Assembly (NCBI GenBank): GCA_964016885.1
Contig: OZ024741.1
Coordinates: forward strand, 368,094,001 to 368,158,000
DNA length: 64,000 bases
Direction: 5' to 3'
From: Eledone cirrhosa
Taxonomy: Eukaryota
Shown piece after piece: positions 1 to 12,126 of the stretch. Under the pieces are notes generated by a model. It ran no database searches and had not been told where the DNA came from. It was given only the letters and a program-made list of their open reading frames with translations. Within the stretch, counting starts at the first letter, position 1; every line of letters begins with the position of its first letter. Position numbers and translations under genes: made by a program.

Positions 1-419
1 TTAGTTTCAAAAGACCTTCTGTTAGTTACCTTTTACATGTGCAATTGACTAATAGCATAAAACATAAGTGGAGGGAGATGGAACAACAGAACTATCTAGA
101 ATAAACGCTGGGTTGTAAAATATTGTATCTTGGATATTTACAATGCTATCACTTTTTCTCTTTTTTTTAATTAGTTGTTTAAATTTTATTAATCCAGAAA
201 AATAATGTAACTTATACCTATGTCCTTTATAACATTTTATAATATATTTGTTAAAATTTATAAAAGATTATATAACTTTTTTTTTAAATATTAAATTTAA
301 ATTAAAAGGGTTAACCAAAAAACAGGAAAAACATTTACCTTGGATCTTTCTACAGAAAATTCTGTATCAACCTTTTTTATGTATAAATATACATGTATGT
401 ATATTATGTGTGTACCCCC

Positions 420-464
<45 letters not shown>

Positions 465-1177
465 GAAATAAATAGTGATTACACACTGAAATTACATTTA
501 TGTATGTTTGGTACTTCAGCCGACCATACACACATCCTTAGGTGTATAATCCATGTGCTTCATATAAATTAACATGTATCACACTACACACTTTTAACAT
601 AAGGTTGTATTGAGCACTTTTATGTTTTTGTAACACAAAATAAACAAAGACTATGTATATATACATATATATATATATATCACAACCAACGTCGACAAAA
701 CTTGAAACTAAACAGTCACAATTAATAACAATTATTATTTTGATTCTATACAGTGTATATGAGTCCTTATTTTCGTGCATATTTTAGTTTGTTTATCACA
801 CAAATCCATAAAGCAAGCATATATATATATATATTTATATATATATAGTGTCTATGTATGTGTGTATACACAAATAAATGTACATGTATAAAGAGTTACT
901 TGTGCATATCCATGTCTATGTTTATGTATATATGATGTGGAAATAACTTTTCAGCAAAGCAATATTCCGATCCAGTTTAAGATCTTTGCTATAACTATTT
1001 CACAGTTTTATGTATGCTGTTAATGCACTCGGAAAGAAAAAAAGAAAAAACATTATAACTTGCCATTTTCTTTCCCTAATAAATCTGTAGCTTCCTGCCT
1101 ATGTAGGAAATATTTGTTTTGTGTTTGTGTTTGTGTGTGATGATTTATGTTCTATCCTCCAGATACAGATTTTACAT

Positions 1178-1325
1178 GTCCAACATACATTGGTTGTGTA
1201 ACCCTCCATATATCCAATACATACTGGTTGTGTAACCCTCCATATATCCAACATATATTGGTTGTGTAACCCTCCATATATCCAGCATATATTGGTTGTG
1301 TAACACTGCTTCACATATCCAACAT
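1178..1325. repeat. Minisatellite, about 34-bp unit x4
   Basis: ccaacatatattggttgtgtaaccctccatatat units. Confidence 0.9.
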
Positions 1326-1692
1326 GTAATTATTATGTGATTATTCAATTTTACTTTATTCTTAAATGTATTTTATAACAAGCAATATTGAACTTATTAA
1401 CAATCAGGTACATTATTGGTTGTGGTACTACTATATAAATTCATGTACTTCTATGTTGTAATGCCTCTTTATTTATCATGTTTTATCTATATATATATAT
1501 ATATTAAAGTCCCAGACTGACTATCAGACATAACACTTCTAGACCGAAAATCATCAATAATCTATTGTATTCTGATCTTTCGCAGTCACCACCCACTCAT
1601 CAATCTAATGTGAGTTATCTACCCTTTGAGAAGAACTTCTGCGCATGTCTATTCGTGTAATCGTTTACCTTTTCCGTATTATCTCATTTAAA

Positions 1693-1734
1693 CCGAGCTG
1701 ATGATCCGTCTGAGGTGAAACAAATTGTTCTCGG
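1693..1734 (+). ncRNA. Minimal type I hammerhead ribozyme motif (Penelope-like pLTR type)
   Basis: CCGAG-CUGAUGA-uccgucugaggu-GAAAC-aaauu-GUU-CUCGG; stem I is perfectly paired, stem II is weak. Confidence 0.65.
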
Positions 1735-1817
1735 AAATGGTGAATTAACTGTTGTGGAACTACTTCTACCAAACTCGTCCCATGGACTAAGTGCTCTTAC
1801 TACTGCCAATATATATA

Positions 1818-1977
1818 CAGGTAAAATTCTGTTACAACGAATACTATTATAACCAGTATAACAAAAAATTTTTTAATCCCCGGCCACAAGCTCACTGTTG
1901 ATCTCGTTATAAAGAATTTTTCGTTACAACGAATTTTTTTTATACCATGTGAATTTCGTTATAACGGAATTTTACTG
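1818..1977. mobile_element. Tc1/pogo (Tigger)-like MITE
   Basis: TIRs cag(g)taaaattctgttacaacgaa / ttcgttataacggaattttactg, TA on both sides. Confidence 0.8.
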
Positions 1978-2244
1978 TATATAGTGTTAAATTGAACAGA
2001 GTTCTTGCCATTTTTCAAAATTTTATTGACTTTTATTGCTCATTGAGAGAAAAAGGTGATTGTAGACGTAAGGTTGGGCTAGTACGGTGGGTGGGGCAGA
2101 ACCTGCCAACCTAGCTCCAGCAGCTTCTCATGGGTCATCTTTGATGTATGTAGTCATGAAGGAATCACACAAGACTATAATGTGGGTGCACCTGTGCAAT
2201 TTTCACTGCTAATCTGTCAAGTTGTTGGCAATAGACATCAGAGG

Positions 2245-2791
2245 TTATGTTGGTGGTCCGTGAGAGCAGCTTGTAGTGGATGACACCTTTTCAGTCCAAC
2301 CAGACATGCAGTAGGGCCTTCCAAGGGTGGAGGCTAGGCTTGTGGTGTACTCTTTATGAATCCATGATCGCTTGCATTTGACATTAATGTAGGGACAATA
2401 TTTTTCATCATCAGTGACAATGGAACATAACCAATTGGTTGTGTGATAGTAGGAAAGCAGAAAAGTCACAGCTGCCACCCGACATTCATGATTACAGTCA
2501 ATCAGATTGTGGGGCACCCATGGCTCCACCTTGGACACTTTCCCTATTCCATGCAAGTGATTGAGGATGCCCGAAGAACTTCAGAGAGTTGGCATGATGT
2601 CTGGCGTGAGTTGGCTTCCACCAGCTCACATAATTGCTCATCATTGAAGGTTGATTTTTGAGGCTGTAATCACCGGAACAGGAATGTGTGAACCAGTCCA
2701 TGGCATTGTTAATGTGACAACTTGATGCTACTATGCCAGATTTGAAGTCATAAAGTAAACAGTGACGAATAAACAATTTGGATAAATCCAT
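2245..2791 (-). mobile_element. Degraded mariner transposase fragment
   Basis: IRHCLLYDF, PWVPHNL (WVPHEL-like), IVTDDEK..KRSW motifs. Confidence 0.8.
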
Positions 2792-2806
2792 GCTCCTTCC
2801 CCTTTG

Positions 2807-3352
2807 GTTAGGGTTAGGGATATTGTTACGGTTAGAGTCAGGTGTAGGTTTCGTGTTACGGTTATCTTTACCTTTACTCCAAACCTATCCCTAACCATAA
2901 CAATAAACCTAACCCTAACCCGAACACTAACCCTAGCCCTAGTCTTAACTCTGACAATAAAATGCTAACCCTAACCCTAACCCTTACTGTAACCCTACAC
3001 CAAACACTAACCCTGACCCTAACTCTAGCCCACACCCTAGCAATAACCCTAACCATAAACCCTATCCTAACATTTTTCCTTAACCTAACCTTAAACCTAA
3101 CAATAACCCTACCCCTAACCCTAACCGTAGCATTAGCCCTAGCCTTAGCACTTGACCTTCATCTAGCCCTAGCCTTAGCCCTAACACTAAACCTAACCCT
3201 AATTCTTACCATAACACTAACCCTAACATTAACAATAACCTTATCTCTATGCTTAACCCTAACCATTACCCCAACCCTAAACCTATCCTTAACCCTAACC
3301 CTTACCCTACCTCTTACAATTACCTTAACTAACCATAACCCTAACCCAAACC
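2807..3352. repeat. Degenerate telomere-like hexamer array: short G-strand (GGTTAG) block then long C-strand (CCTAAC) block
   Basis: ggttagggttaggg at 2807; many cctaac/ccctaa variants from 2880 to 3352. Confidence 0.85.
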
Positions 3353-3373
3353 TTTAATTAATTTCATTTTTAC

Positions 3374-4990
3374 ATGAGAATGTCGTATGGAGCCCCAAGC
3401 ATGCTCCTTGCTGCTGATACGGTCATACCCTTGGCTACTGGGATCCAACAGGGCGACCCTTTGGGACCCCTCCTGTTCACCTGGAGTATCACCGCCCCTC
3501 TCAACGTTTGGTATCTGGATGATGCTACGTTGGGCGGGCCCATATGGATGGTCTGCCATGACCTTCAATCGGTGGTTCCTGCCCTGGTGGGAATCGGCCT
3601 CCAGGTCAACTCGGCCAAGTCAGAGGTGGTGAATGTCAGCCTCGATGCTGCAAGCTTTGCAGCCTCCGTCTTGGACGTGCAGTCCATTCTCCGCCAGGTT
3701 CAGGTGACCCCCAAAGAGGATTTCCTCATCCTTGGGTCACTGATCCACCCACCGGCCATCCGCTCCACCATCAGGTCCAGGCTTCAACAGCTCCAGACTC
3801 TCACGAGCCGACTGGGCTTGATTGACGGCCATCCACCTCTCTTTCTGCTGAGGAACTGCTTCGCCATGCCGAAGCTCCTCTATACACTCCGCAGCACTCC
3901 ATGCCACACCCAGACATCTCTCCTCGCTGACCTCGATACTTGTATCCGAGCAGCAACCAAGGAGATATGCAACGTCAAGTTTGACGACATAGGGTGGCAA
4001 CAGGCCACTTTACCTGTCAGGTATGGTGGTCTTGGCCTCCGGTCCCCGATCTCACTAGCTTTGCCGGCGCATCCTCATCAGCAGGGTTCTACAAAAAAAC
4101 ACAACAGAAGCCTCTGTGTTCAGAGAACGCGAGGCCGCCTGTGAGACGTGGGACCGGCTGGGACTTAGCCCAGTAGACGTCCCTCCTCCCTCTCCCCCTG
4201 TTGACGTCAAGTCCCCCCCCCCCCCAACGCAGTTGTGATGCCATCCAGAGCAGCCTGGCCTCAGACAGGCTCACGCGCCAGCTCGACCAGCACCGCCTTA
4301 CTTGTTTTCGTGCGGCCTCCAAACCCCACAGTGGTGCCTGGCTCCATGCCTTGCCCTCCTTCTCCACTGGCACGCAACTAGACAACCATAGCCTGCGCAT
4401 CGGCGTTTCCCTGAGGCTCGGCCTCCGGATCTGCCAGCCACACCAATGTCGATGCGGTTCCACCATGGACTCTTTCGGCCTCCACCTGCTTTCCTGTCGC
4501 CACAGTGCCGGTCGCATTCCACGCCATGCTGCCCTCAACGAGGTCATTAAGCATGGCTTGGATGCTGCAGGCTTCCCTTCCCAGCTCGAGCCAGTGGGGC
4601 TGGATCGAGGGGACGGCAAAAGGCCAGATGGCATGACTATCTTCCCGTTCCGCAGTGGCAAACCCCTCGTCTGGGATACCACTTGCACCAACACTTTCTG
4701 CAGCCGCAACCTGGTGCAGTCTGCGACTGACCCAGGTTCTGCTGCACGTCGGGCTTAGGAGGCCAAAGTCCTCGAATACCGGTCGCTCTCCAACAGGTTT
4801 GCAGTCGTACCCCTGGCAGTGGAGACTTCTGGTGTCCTCGGCCCCAGGGCTACCTCCTACTCACAACCATAGGCACTGAGCTGGCTAGCCGCAGGTGTGA
4901 GCCCCACGAGTTGGAGTAGCTTTTCCAGCGCGTCTCCCCTGCCGTCATCCGGGGAAACACTTTCTCCATTCTGTCCGCCGGGACTGTGGG
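3374..4990 (+). mobile_element. 5'-truncated CRE-like non-LTR element (RT plus restriction-like endonuclease)
   Basis: GIQQGDPLGPLLF, WYLDD, GGLGL; CRCG..HLLSC..RH..EP..DGKRPDG..LVWDTTC; frameshifts and stops present. Confidence 0.85.
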
Positions 4991-5477
4991 TGGGCCCCAT
5001 CGCATACCATTGTAGTGTTGTAGAAGAAACAGGAAGACAACAACTGGACAGTTTGATTTTCTACTTTATCATTTACTTCTGCACTGAAAAACAATATTTG
5101 ATATTTTTATGATCCTTTACTTACTATTATGTATTTGTAGTTTTTCTATGCCAGACAAATCTAGGATTTAAAGAATTGTTATTTCAAAACTATACCATTA
5201 CCTACTGTCTCTTTGAAAGTAGAATGAAACGATTTAAAGCAACATTATTTCAATGCTGACTTCAAAACGCTACGTTAGCTTTTAGACTTGAGAAGGGAAA
5301 AAGGATGGAGTGCATAGCTAGCAACTTTACTTTCTTTAACCAAAATTACTCCAGCTGGAAGCAGGCTCATGACAAGTCTTGCAAGCCTATGGAATGGAGG
5401 TCTCCCATTACCCAACATGGCATTGTGGGCAAAAGGAACTAAAGAATAAATTTGTTTATATATATGTGTGTGTGTAA

Positions 5478-6455
5478 ACAGTAGACAGCCTCTGCTACTT
5501 AGACGACCAAATTAGCAGCAGTGGTGGGTGTTCTGAAAGTAGAGTAGCCAAAGTAAGAACGGGATGGGAGAAGTTCAGGGAGCTATTACCACTGCTGGCT
5601 ACAAAAATCTTTTCCTTGAAATGAAAGGCTGACTGTATGATGCGTGCATACGAACAGCAATGTTGCATGGTAGTGAGACCTGGGTGCTGTATGCAGAAGA
5701 CTTGCATAGATTGGAAAGGAATGAAGCTTGCATGCTCCAATGAATGTGTAATATGAGAATGGCGAAGCATAAATGAACTGTGACAGAAACTAGGCATAAG
5801 AGGAATCAAATGCTGTGTGCAGGAGAGGAGATTGTGTTGGTGTGGACATATGATGCATATGAAGGATGACAGCTGCATAGAAAGGTACAAATGCTCAAAG
5901 TCGATGGAAGCCTTAGAGTGGGGAGACCCAGAAAGACCTGGGATGAGGTGATAAAAACCGACCTTACCCAATTGCACCTCTCAAAGGCGATGACACAGGG
6001 CCGAGATTTCTGGCGATACACAGTAATACAGAAGGCCCGACTTCCCACGGGTACAAACTGAAGCATATATACAGTATGCCTGAATATACCCCCATGAAGA
6101 CAGGCCAAAGTAAATGCATCCAGTGAACCCCCAGCCCACACTGTAAAGTAGTCGTGATGATGATACGGCAAAAAGCACCCAGCCCACACTGTAAAGTGGT
6201 TGTGTAGGTGTCATGACAAAAAGCACCCAGCCCACACTGTAAAGTGGTTCTGTAGGAGACACAGCAAAAAGCACCCAGCCCACACTGTAAATGTGGTTGG
6301 CATTAGGAAGGACATCCAGCCATAGAAAAGAGCCAGAAACAGTCTTATATGAGCGAGACACTGCCAGCTGATCCAATTTGCATATAATGGGACAAACTTG
6401 TCTAACCCATGCTAGCGTGAAAAATAGACGTTAAATAATGATGATGATGATGATA
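5478..6455 (+). mobile_element. RTE LINE 3' fragment with (GAT)n tail
   Basis: Homologous to 6635-7530; ~45-bp tandem units in the 3' UTR. Confidence 0.85.
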
Positions 6456-6634
6456 TATATATATGGATGTATATGTATGTATATATATGGCTGTATGCAT
6501 GGATATATGTATGTATGAATATATATATATATATGAATCATCATCATCATAATCATCACCATTTTACGTCTGCTTTTTCCCTGCTTGCAAGGGTGGGACG
6601 GGAACTGACCCTGGCTTGATTTCTACAGCTGGAT

Positions 6635-9634
6635 CATCATCATCATCATCACCGTTTTACGTCCGTTCTTCCACGCTAGCATGGGTTAGACGGGTTGTCC
6701 TGTTGTGGGCAGTGTCTGGTCGGCTGACCATGCCTTGCTCATACAGGAACTGATCTGGCTTGATTTCTACAGCTGGATGCCTTTCCTAACACCAACCTCA
6801 TTTACAGTGAGTGCTGGGTGCTTTTTCGTGGCGCCTACACGTCCACTTTACAGTGTGGGCTGGGTGCTTTTTTGCCGTGGCACCTCCACGACCACCTTGC
6901 GGTGGGGGGTGTGGGGGCATATTGTTTATATGCTTCAGCTTGTACCCATGGGAGGTCGGGTACTCTGTATTACTGCGTGACGCCAGAAGTCACGGTCGTG
7001 TGTCATTGTCTTTGAGAGGTGTAATTGGGTAAGGTCGGCTTTTATCACCTCATCCCAGGTCATCTTGGGTCTCCCCACTCCGCGGTTTCCATCAACTTCT
7101 AGTGCTCTGCACCTTTTTATGCAGCTGTCATCCTTCATACGCATCACATGTCCATACCAGCGCAACCGCCTCTCCTGCACACAGCATTTGATTCCTCTTA
7201 TGCTCAGGCTCTCTCTCAATTCATTTATGCTTTGTCGTTCACGTATATTACTGTTACACATCCATCGGAGCATGCAGGCTTCGTTTCTCTCTAATCTACG
7301 TAAGTCTTCCACTTTCAGCACCCAGGTCTCACTACCATGCAACATCGCTGTTCGGATACACGCATCATACAGTCTGCCTTTCATTCTGAGGGAGAAGCCT
7401 TTTGCAGCTAGCAGTGGTAGTAGTTCCCTAAACTTCTTCCATCCCGTTCTTACCCTAGTTATTGTACTTTCTGAACACCCACCTCCGTTGCTAATTCGGT
7501 CACCTAGGTAGCAGAAGCTGTCTACTGTTTCTACAGGGCCCTCCTAGAGATTGGTGGTACTTGTTTCCTGTGGCTGTTTGCTGCTTGCTGTTTCAGCACA
7601 GCTGCTGCATGTGAATCCTACATTCTTAATTAAGCTTCCTGAGATCCCGCTACATCTCTTGTGTACCCATTGTTTGCATTTGGAGCAGAGAATGGAGTTC
7701 CTACCTACACCTTTCCTACATACTGAGCAAGGCCATTTCCCTGAGGGGATCTGGGTTCTGTTTTCTCGTCTACTTACAAGGACCTTAGTCTTTGTCATGT
7801 TGACTTTGAGACCCTTTCTTTCTAGTCCCTGCTTCCAGGTTTAGAATTTATTCTCTAGTTCTACCATAGATTCAGCTATAAGTGCGAGGTCATCAGCATA
7901 CAGGAGTTCCCATGGGCATCCGGTCTTAAACTCCTCCGTTATTGCCTGCAGGACTATGATGAACAGGAGAGGGCTAAGAACAGAGCCCTGGTGGACCCCA
8001 ACCTGTATGCTAAATTCCTCGCTATACTCATTGCTAATCCTAACTTTGCTGACTGCTCCCCTATACATGGCTTGTACCGCTTTCACAAGCCATTCATCTA
8101 CTCCTAGTTTTCTAAGAGCCCACCAGATTACAACACGTGGAACTCTGTCAAAGGCTTTCTCAAGGTCGACAAATGCCAAGTAGAGTGGCTTACTTTTAGC
8201 TAGGTACTTTTCCTGTAATTGCCTCACAAGGAAGAGGGCATCAGTGGTGCCTCTTCCTGGTACAAACCCAAATTGCATCTCGTCTATTTTTACCCGGTCA
8301 CCTAATCAGCTGTGCTATAACTCTTTCTGTTACTTTCATGACCTGGTCCATCAACTTTATACCTCTATAGTTTCCTCTATCTAGTGCATCGCCTTTACCT
8401 TTGTAGCAGTTGACAATGATGCTACTGCACCAATCTTTTGGTATGGCCCCTTCTAGTATTACCTGGTTAACGATACGTGTGGTTATAGTGTGACCTACAG
8501 ACCCAGATGCCTTCAGCATCTTGACAGCTATACCCGATGGACCGATTGCCTTCCCCATCTTCATATCTTTGATTGCCTTACTTACTACGCTGCTGCTGAC
8601 TTGTACTGCTGGTCCCTCTATAGGGTCTACTTGGGGTAGGGTCTCTTCTTCCCATGCATTCTCCTCATTTAGTAATCTATCATAATGACTCTTCCATGCA
8701 TCTTTCTTCTCAGCACTTGTGAGGGCAAGCTCACCTTTATCATTCCGGATACACTTCTCTCCAATGACATCACAACTATCTCTGACACACTGCCTCGCAA
8801 TCTTGAATACCTCCTGTTTCTGGTCCTCATGTTGTAGCTTCCCTCCTAGCTAAGTATACTTGTCGCCTAGCTTCCCTCTTGGTCTCTATGTAATGTACCC
8901 TGCTCCCCCCGTTCTTCCATTCTTTCCATGCCTGTCTCTTGGCCTTAACTGCTTCATCTACCTTATTGTTCCACCACCAAGTCACTCGCCTCCTGCTTGA
9001 GGTCTTACTCCAGCCACAGACCTCATCCGTCGCCTCTAGTAAATTATTTTTTAGGAACTCCCAGTTCTCTTCTACGTTAAATGTCTCTATCTGTTCTTCT
9101 TTACTGTCGTAGGCGTTGAGTAAAATATCTTTAAATCTGTTACTGGTTGAGGGGACTTTCAGCTTCCAGATCTTTCTTCTCCAGGTTGGCCTGTTTCTGG
9201 GTTCGTCTAGTTCTGACCGTGAGGTCGCTGACAACTAAGCTATGTTGGGATGTACATTCCTCACTAGGGAAGGCTTTTGTGTTTACGACCGTCCATCTGT
9301 CACGTCCTCTGATGAGGATAAAATCTAACTGACTAGAGTGCTCCCCTGATCTATAGGTGATCAGGTGGTTGTCGGGTTTTTTAAAGTTTGTGTTACATAT
9401 CGACATGTCATTGGCGTCGCAGAATTCTAGAAGTCTGAATCCTTCCTCATTCCTTGTGCCAACCCCATGGCCTCCATGTACTCTATTGAAGCCGTCGCAG
9501 TGTTTACCTACGTGTCCGTTAAAATCTCCTGCGATGATTAGGAAGTCCTTGTTGTCTGTTAGAGCAGTAGTGTGTATTAGGGACTCGTAAAACCTATCCT
9601 TAAGTTCGTCTGGCAGCCCCGATTGGGGTGCGTA
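6635..9634 (-). mobile_element. 5'-truncated RTE LINE (APE part, RT, PHD-like finger) with TSD AGCTGGAT
   Basis: AYAP, GDFNGHVG, QFGFVPGRGTTDA, DLEKAFDRVPR, GVHQGSVLSP, YADD; (GAT)n tail; 8-bp duplication at 6627-6634 and 9635-9642. Confidence 0.92.
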
Positions 9635-9928
9635 AGCTGGATGCCCTTCCTAACACCAACCTCATTTACAGTGAGTGCTGGGTGCTTTTTTTTCCGTTGC
9701 GCCTACACGTCCACTTTACAGTGTAGCCTGGGTGCTTTGGCACGACCACTTTGCAGTGGAATGATAGGGACCCCAGTCCTATCATCTCATTTCTACAGCT
9801 GAGTAAACTGGAGCAATGTGAAATAAAGTGTCTTGCTCAAGGAAACAACACATCACACGGTCTGAGAATTGAACTCACAACCTTTTGATTGCAAGGCCAA
9901 TGCTCTAACCACTAAGTCATGTGCCTCC
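9635..9928 (-). mobile_element. tRNA-derived SINE with RTE-like tail, split by the RTE insertion (remaining tail at 6538-6634)
   Basis: Head ggaggcacatgacttagtggttagagc..gagttcaattc (A/B boxes); core ttgagcaagacactttatttcacattgctccag; matches the intact copy at 18607-18949. Confidence 0.85.
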
Positions 9929-10252
9929 ATATGTATATATATATATTTATATGTCTGCTGGACACACGAGCAGAAGGACGTGTGTTTTTTTTCTAGCCAG
10001 CAGCATATCACAAAATCGAATTTCATTAGAGGATACCGTTCTCATAACAACAACAAATGCACAAATCACATCTTGATTGCATGGGAGAACCGTTGAAATA
10101 ATTATAATGAATAAACGATTTATGTAACATCAGCATCTTTATTAATGTTATTATTATACTGAATCTTTATCGTAACTACAAACTACGAATGTTGAGAGTT
10201 TTCTCCTGCTTGCTCTTGTTTTTACCAAAACAATCTCTTCGGAACATATATA

Positions 10253-10635
10253 CGAAGGCAATCCCAAAAGTAAGATCTCCTTCCGATATTGCAACTTTTC
10301 TGTTAAAATCCTGTGGATGGTGCTTCGGGAAACCTCAGGAACCAAAATGCAGAGAGCATCCAGAGTGATCCGCCGATCTTTATGTATGTTTTCCTCGGAA
10401 GGAGACCTTACTTTTGGGATTGCCCTCTATATAATAACTGCGCAAAATTCGCACTTGGCGGTAGCGTTCAACGGGAGCTCCATTCTCAAGCCAAGATTGA
10501 GCATCCCAACAAAGCACGCGCATGCTTGTTTGGGAGTGAAGGAAGCACCAATCCCAACAGTGTTGCCAACAGCCGTACAAACAGTTTCTCTGCGTCCCCA
10601 TCGCTTTGGAGACCTTACTTTTGGGATTACCCTCG
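10253..10635 (-). mobile_element. Rearranged non-autonomous mariner derivative with three TIR copies
   Basis: TIR cgagggtaatcccaaaagtaaggtctcc at 10253(+), ~10401-10428(-) and 10608-10635(-); transposase scrap VSRSTIHRILTEKLQYRK; TA flanks. Confidence 0.8.
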
Positions 10636-11058
10636 TATATATATATATATATATATTTATTAAAATAACAGATTAAAGTTTAAGCAAAGAATCGCTGCTT
10701 TCACCCTTAACAGGATCTTCTGAAACTAACAAAGTCAATCTGTGAACGCAGAAGTGAATATTTCAAAAAACGTTGCAACCGGAGGAAGGCAGGAAGATAT
10801 ATACAAACAAAAGAAAAAAATAGAATAAAGATCTTATCTCATTTAATGACTTACAATTATTTTGGCGTTGTCACCGATCATTACACAGCTGGTCAAAACT
10901 CAAAAAGATAGAATACAATGTATATAAAGTTTTTTAAAGAAAGTGGCAAAACCTTTTCAGAGGCAAAAGCAAGCAGAAAATAAAACAAAATATATATACT
11001 GTGATTTTCCATGCGCACTTTTCCTGTGTATATGTATATATGCATTTGTTTTTTAGGG

Positions 11059-11097
<39 letters not shown>

Positions 11098-11551
11098 ATA
11101 CATATATATATGGGTAGGCTATATGAACATGTGGTAATCTATCAGTGTTCTTTTCCCATCAGAAGAGCTGTTCTTAAAATAGCCCTTCTAATCGCTGGCT
11201 AGCATAAGTTATCTCCCTTTAACAGTTATATTAATTTCATATTCCTTTATAAATTGACCAACTTGCGTCCTTGTGATTTACTATAACGGCTATTTTTCAT
11301 AGTAATAAATCAGAATCTTAGTACATCATATTGAAATGTAACCTCCAGTGGCCTTCGTTTTGCCCTATAAGGCTCAACTTTTTTGTGTATTTTGTTTTAT
11401 CTTCTGTTTGTTTTTGCTTCTGAGGAAGTTCAGCCACTTTTTTTTGCACGTTATACAAAATTTTATTCCATCTTTTTGTGTTTTCACTAGCTGTGTAATG
11501 ATCGGTAGCAATGCCAAAACAATTGTTAGGCATTAAATGAAATAAGATCCT

Positions 11552-12010
11552 TGTCAACATGACAAAGACTAAGGTCCTTGTAAGTAGACGAGAAAACAGA
11601 ACCCAGATCCCCTCAGGGAAATGGCCTTGCTCAGTATGTAGGAAAGGTGTAGATAGGAACTCCATTCTCTGCCCCAAATGCAAACAATGGGTACACAAGA
11701 GATGTAGCGGGATCTCAGGAAGCTTAATTAAGAATGTAGGATTCACATGCAGCAGCTGTGCTGAAACAGCAAGCAGCAAACAGCCACAGGAAACAAGTAC
11801 CACCAATCTCTGGGAGGGCTCTGTAGAGACAGTAGACAGCTTCTGCTACCTAGGTGACCGAATTAGCAGCGGAGGTGGGTGTTCAGAAAGTACAATAACT
11901 AGGGTAAGAACGGAATGGAAGAAGTTTAGGGAACTACTACCACTGCTAGCTGCAAAAGGCTTCTCCCTCAAAATGAAAGGCAGACTGTATAATGCGTGTA
12001 TCCGAACAGC
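11552..12010 (+). mobile_element. RTE fragment, 5' part, split by CR1
   Basis: Near-identical to 7350-7804 in reverse orientation. Confidence 0.9.
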
Positions 12011-12126
12011 AATAATAATAATAATAATAATGAAATTATTGTGTAAAGTGCTCGGGTGCACTACAACTCGTCAATATAGTACATAGAATAATACACAAAT
12101 GTCAGGGAAGTACATGTGTGTATGTG

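Noticed and set aside
30-95. Possible minus-strand exon with AG/GT boundaries
   Set aside because: Stop codons in all three frames and no supporting neighbouring exons.
2962-3357. 131-aa Leu/Thr ORF
   Set aside because: Translation artefact of the CCTAAC-like repeat.
6120-6300. Repeat-spacer-like pattern reminiscent of CRISPR
   Set aside because: Eukaryotic context, the 'spacers' are similar to each other, it lies in an RTE 3' UTR, and there are no cas genes.
9855-9928. tRNA-like sequence (also 18880-18949, 25830-25900, 38200-38260)
   Set aside because: These are SINE heads attached to core and tail sequences, not standalone tRNA genes.
10690-10725. Minus-strand cagaagatcc..gggtgaaa, hammerhead-like
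   Set aside because: Core altered (CAGAAGA) and stems I and III do not pair.
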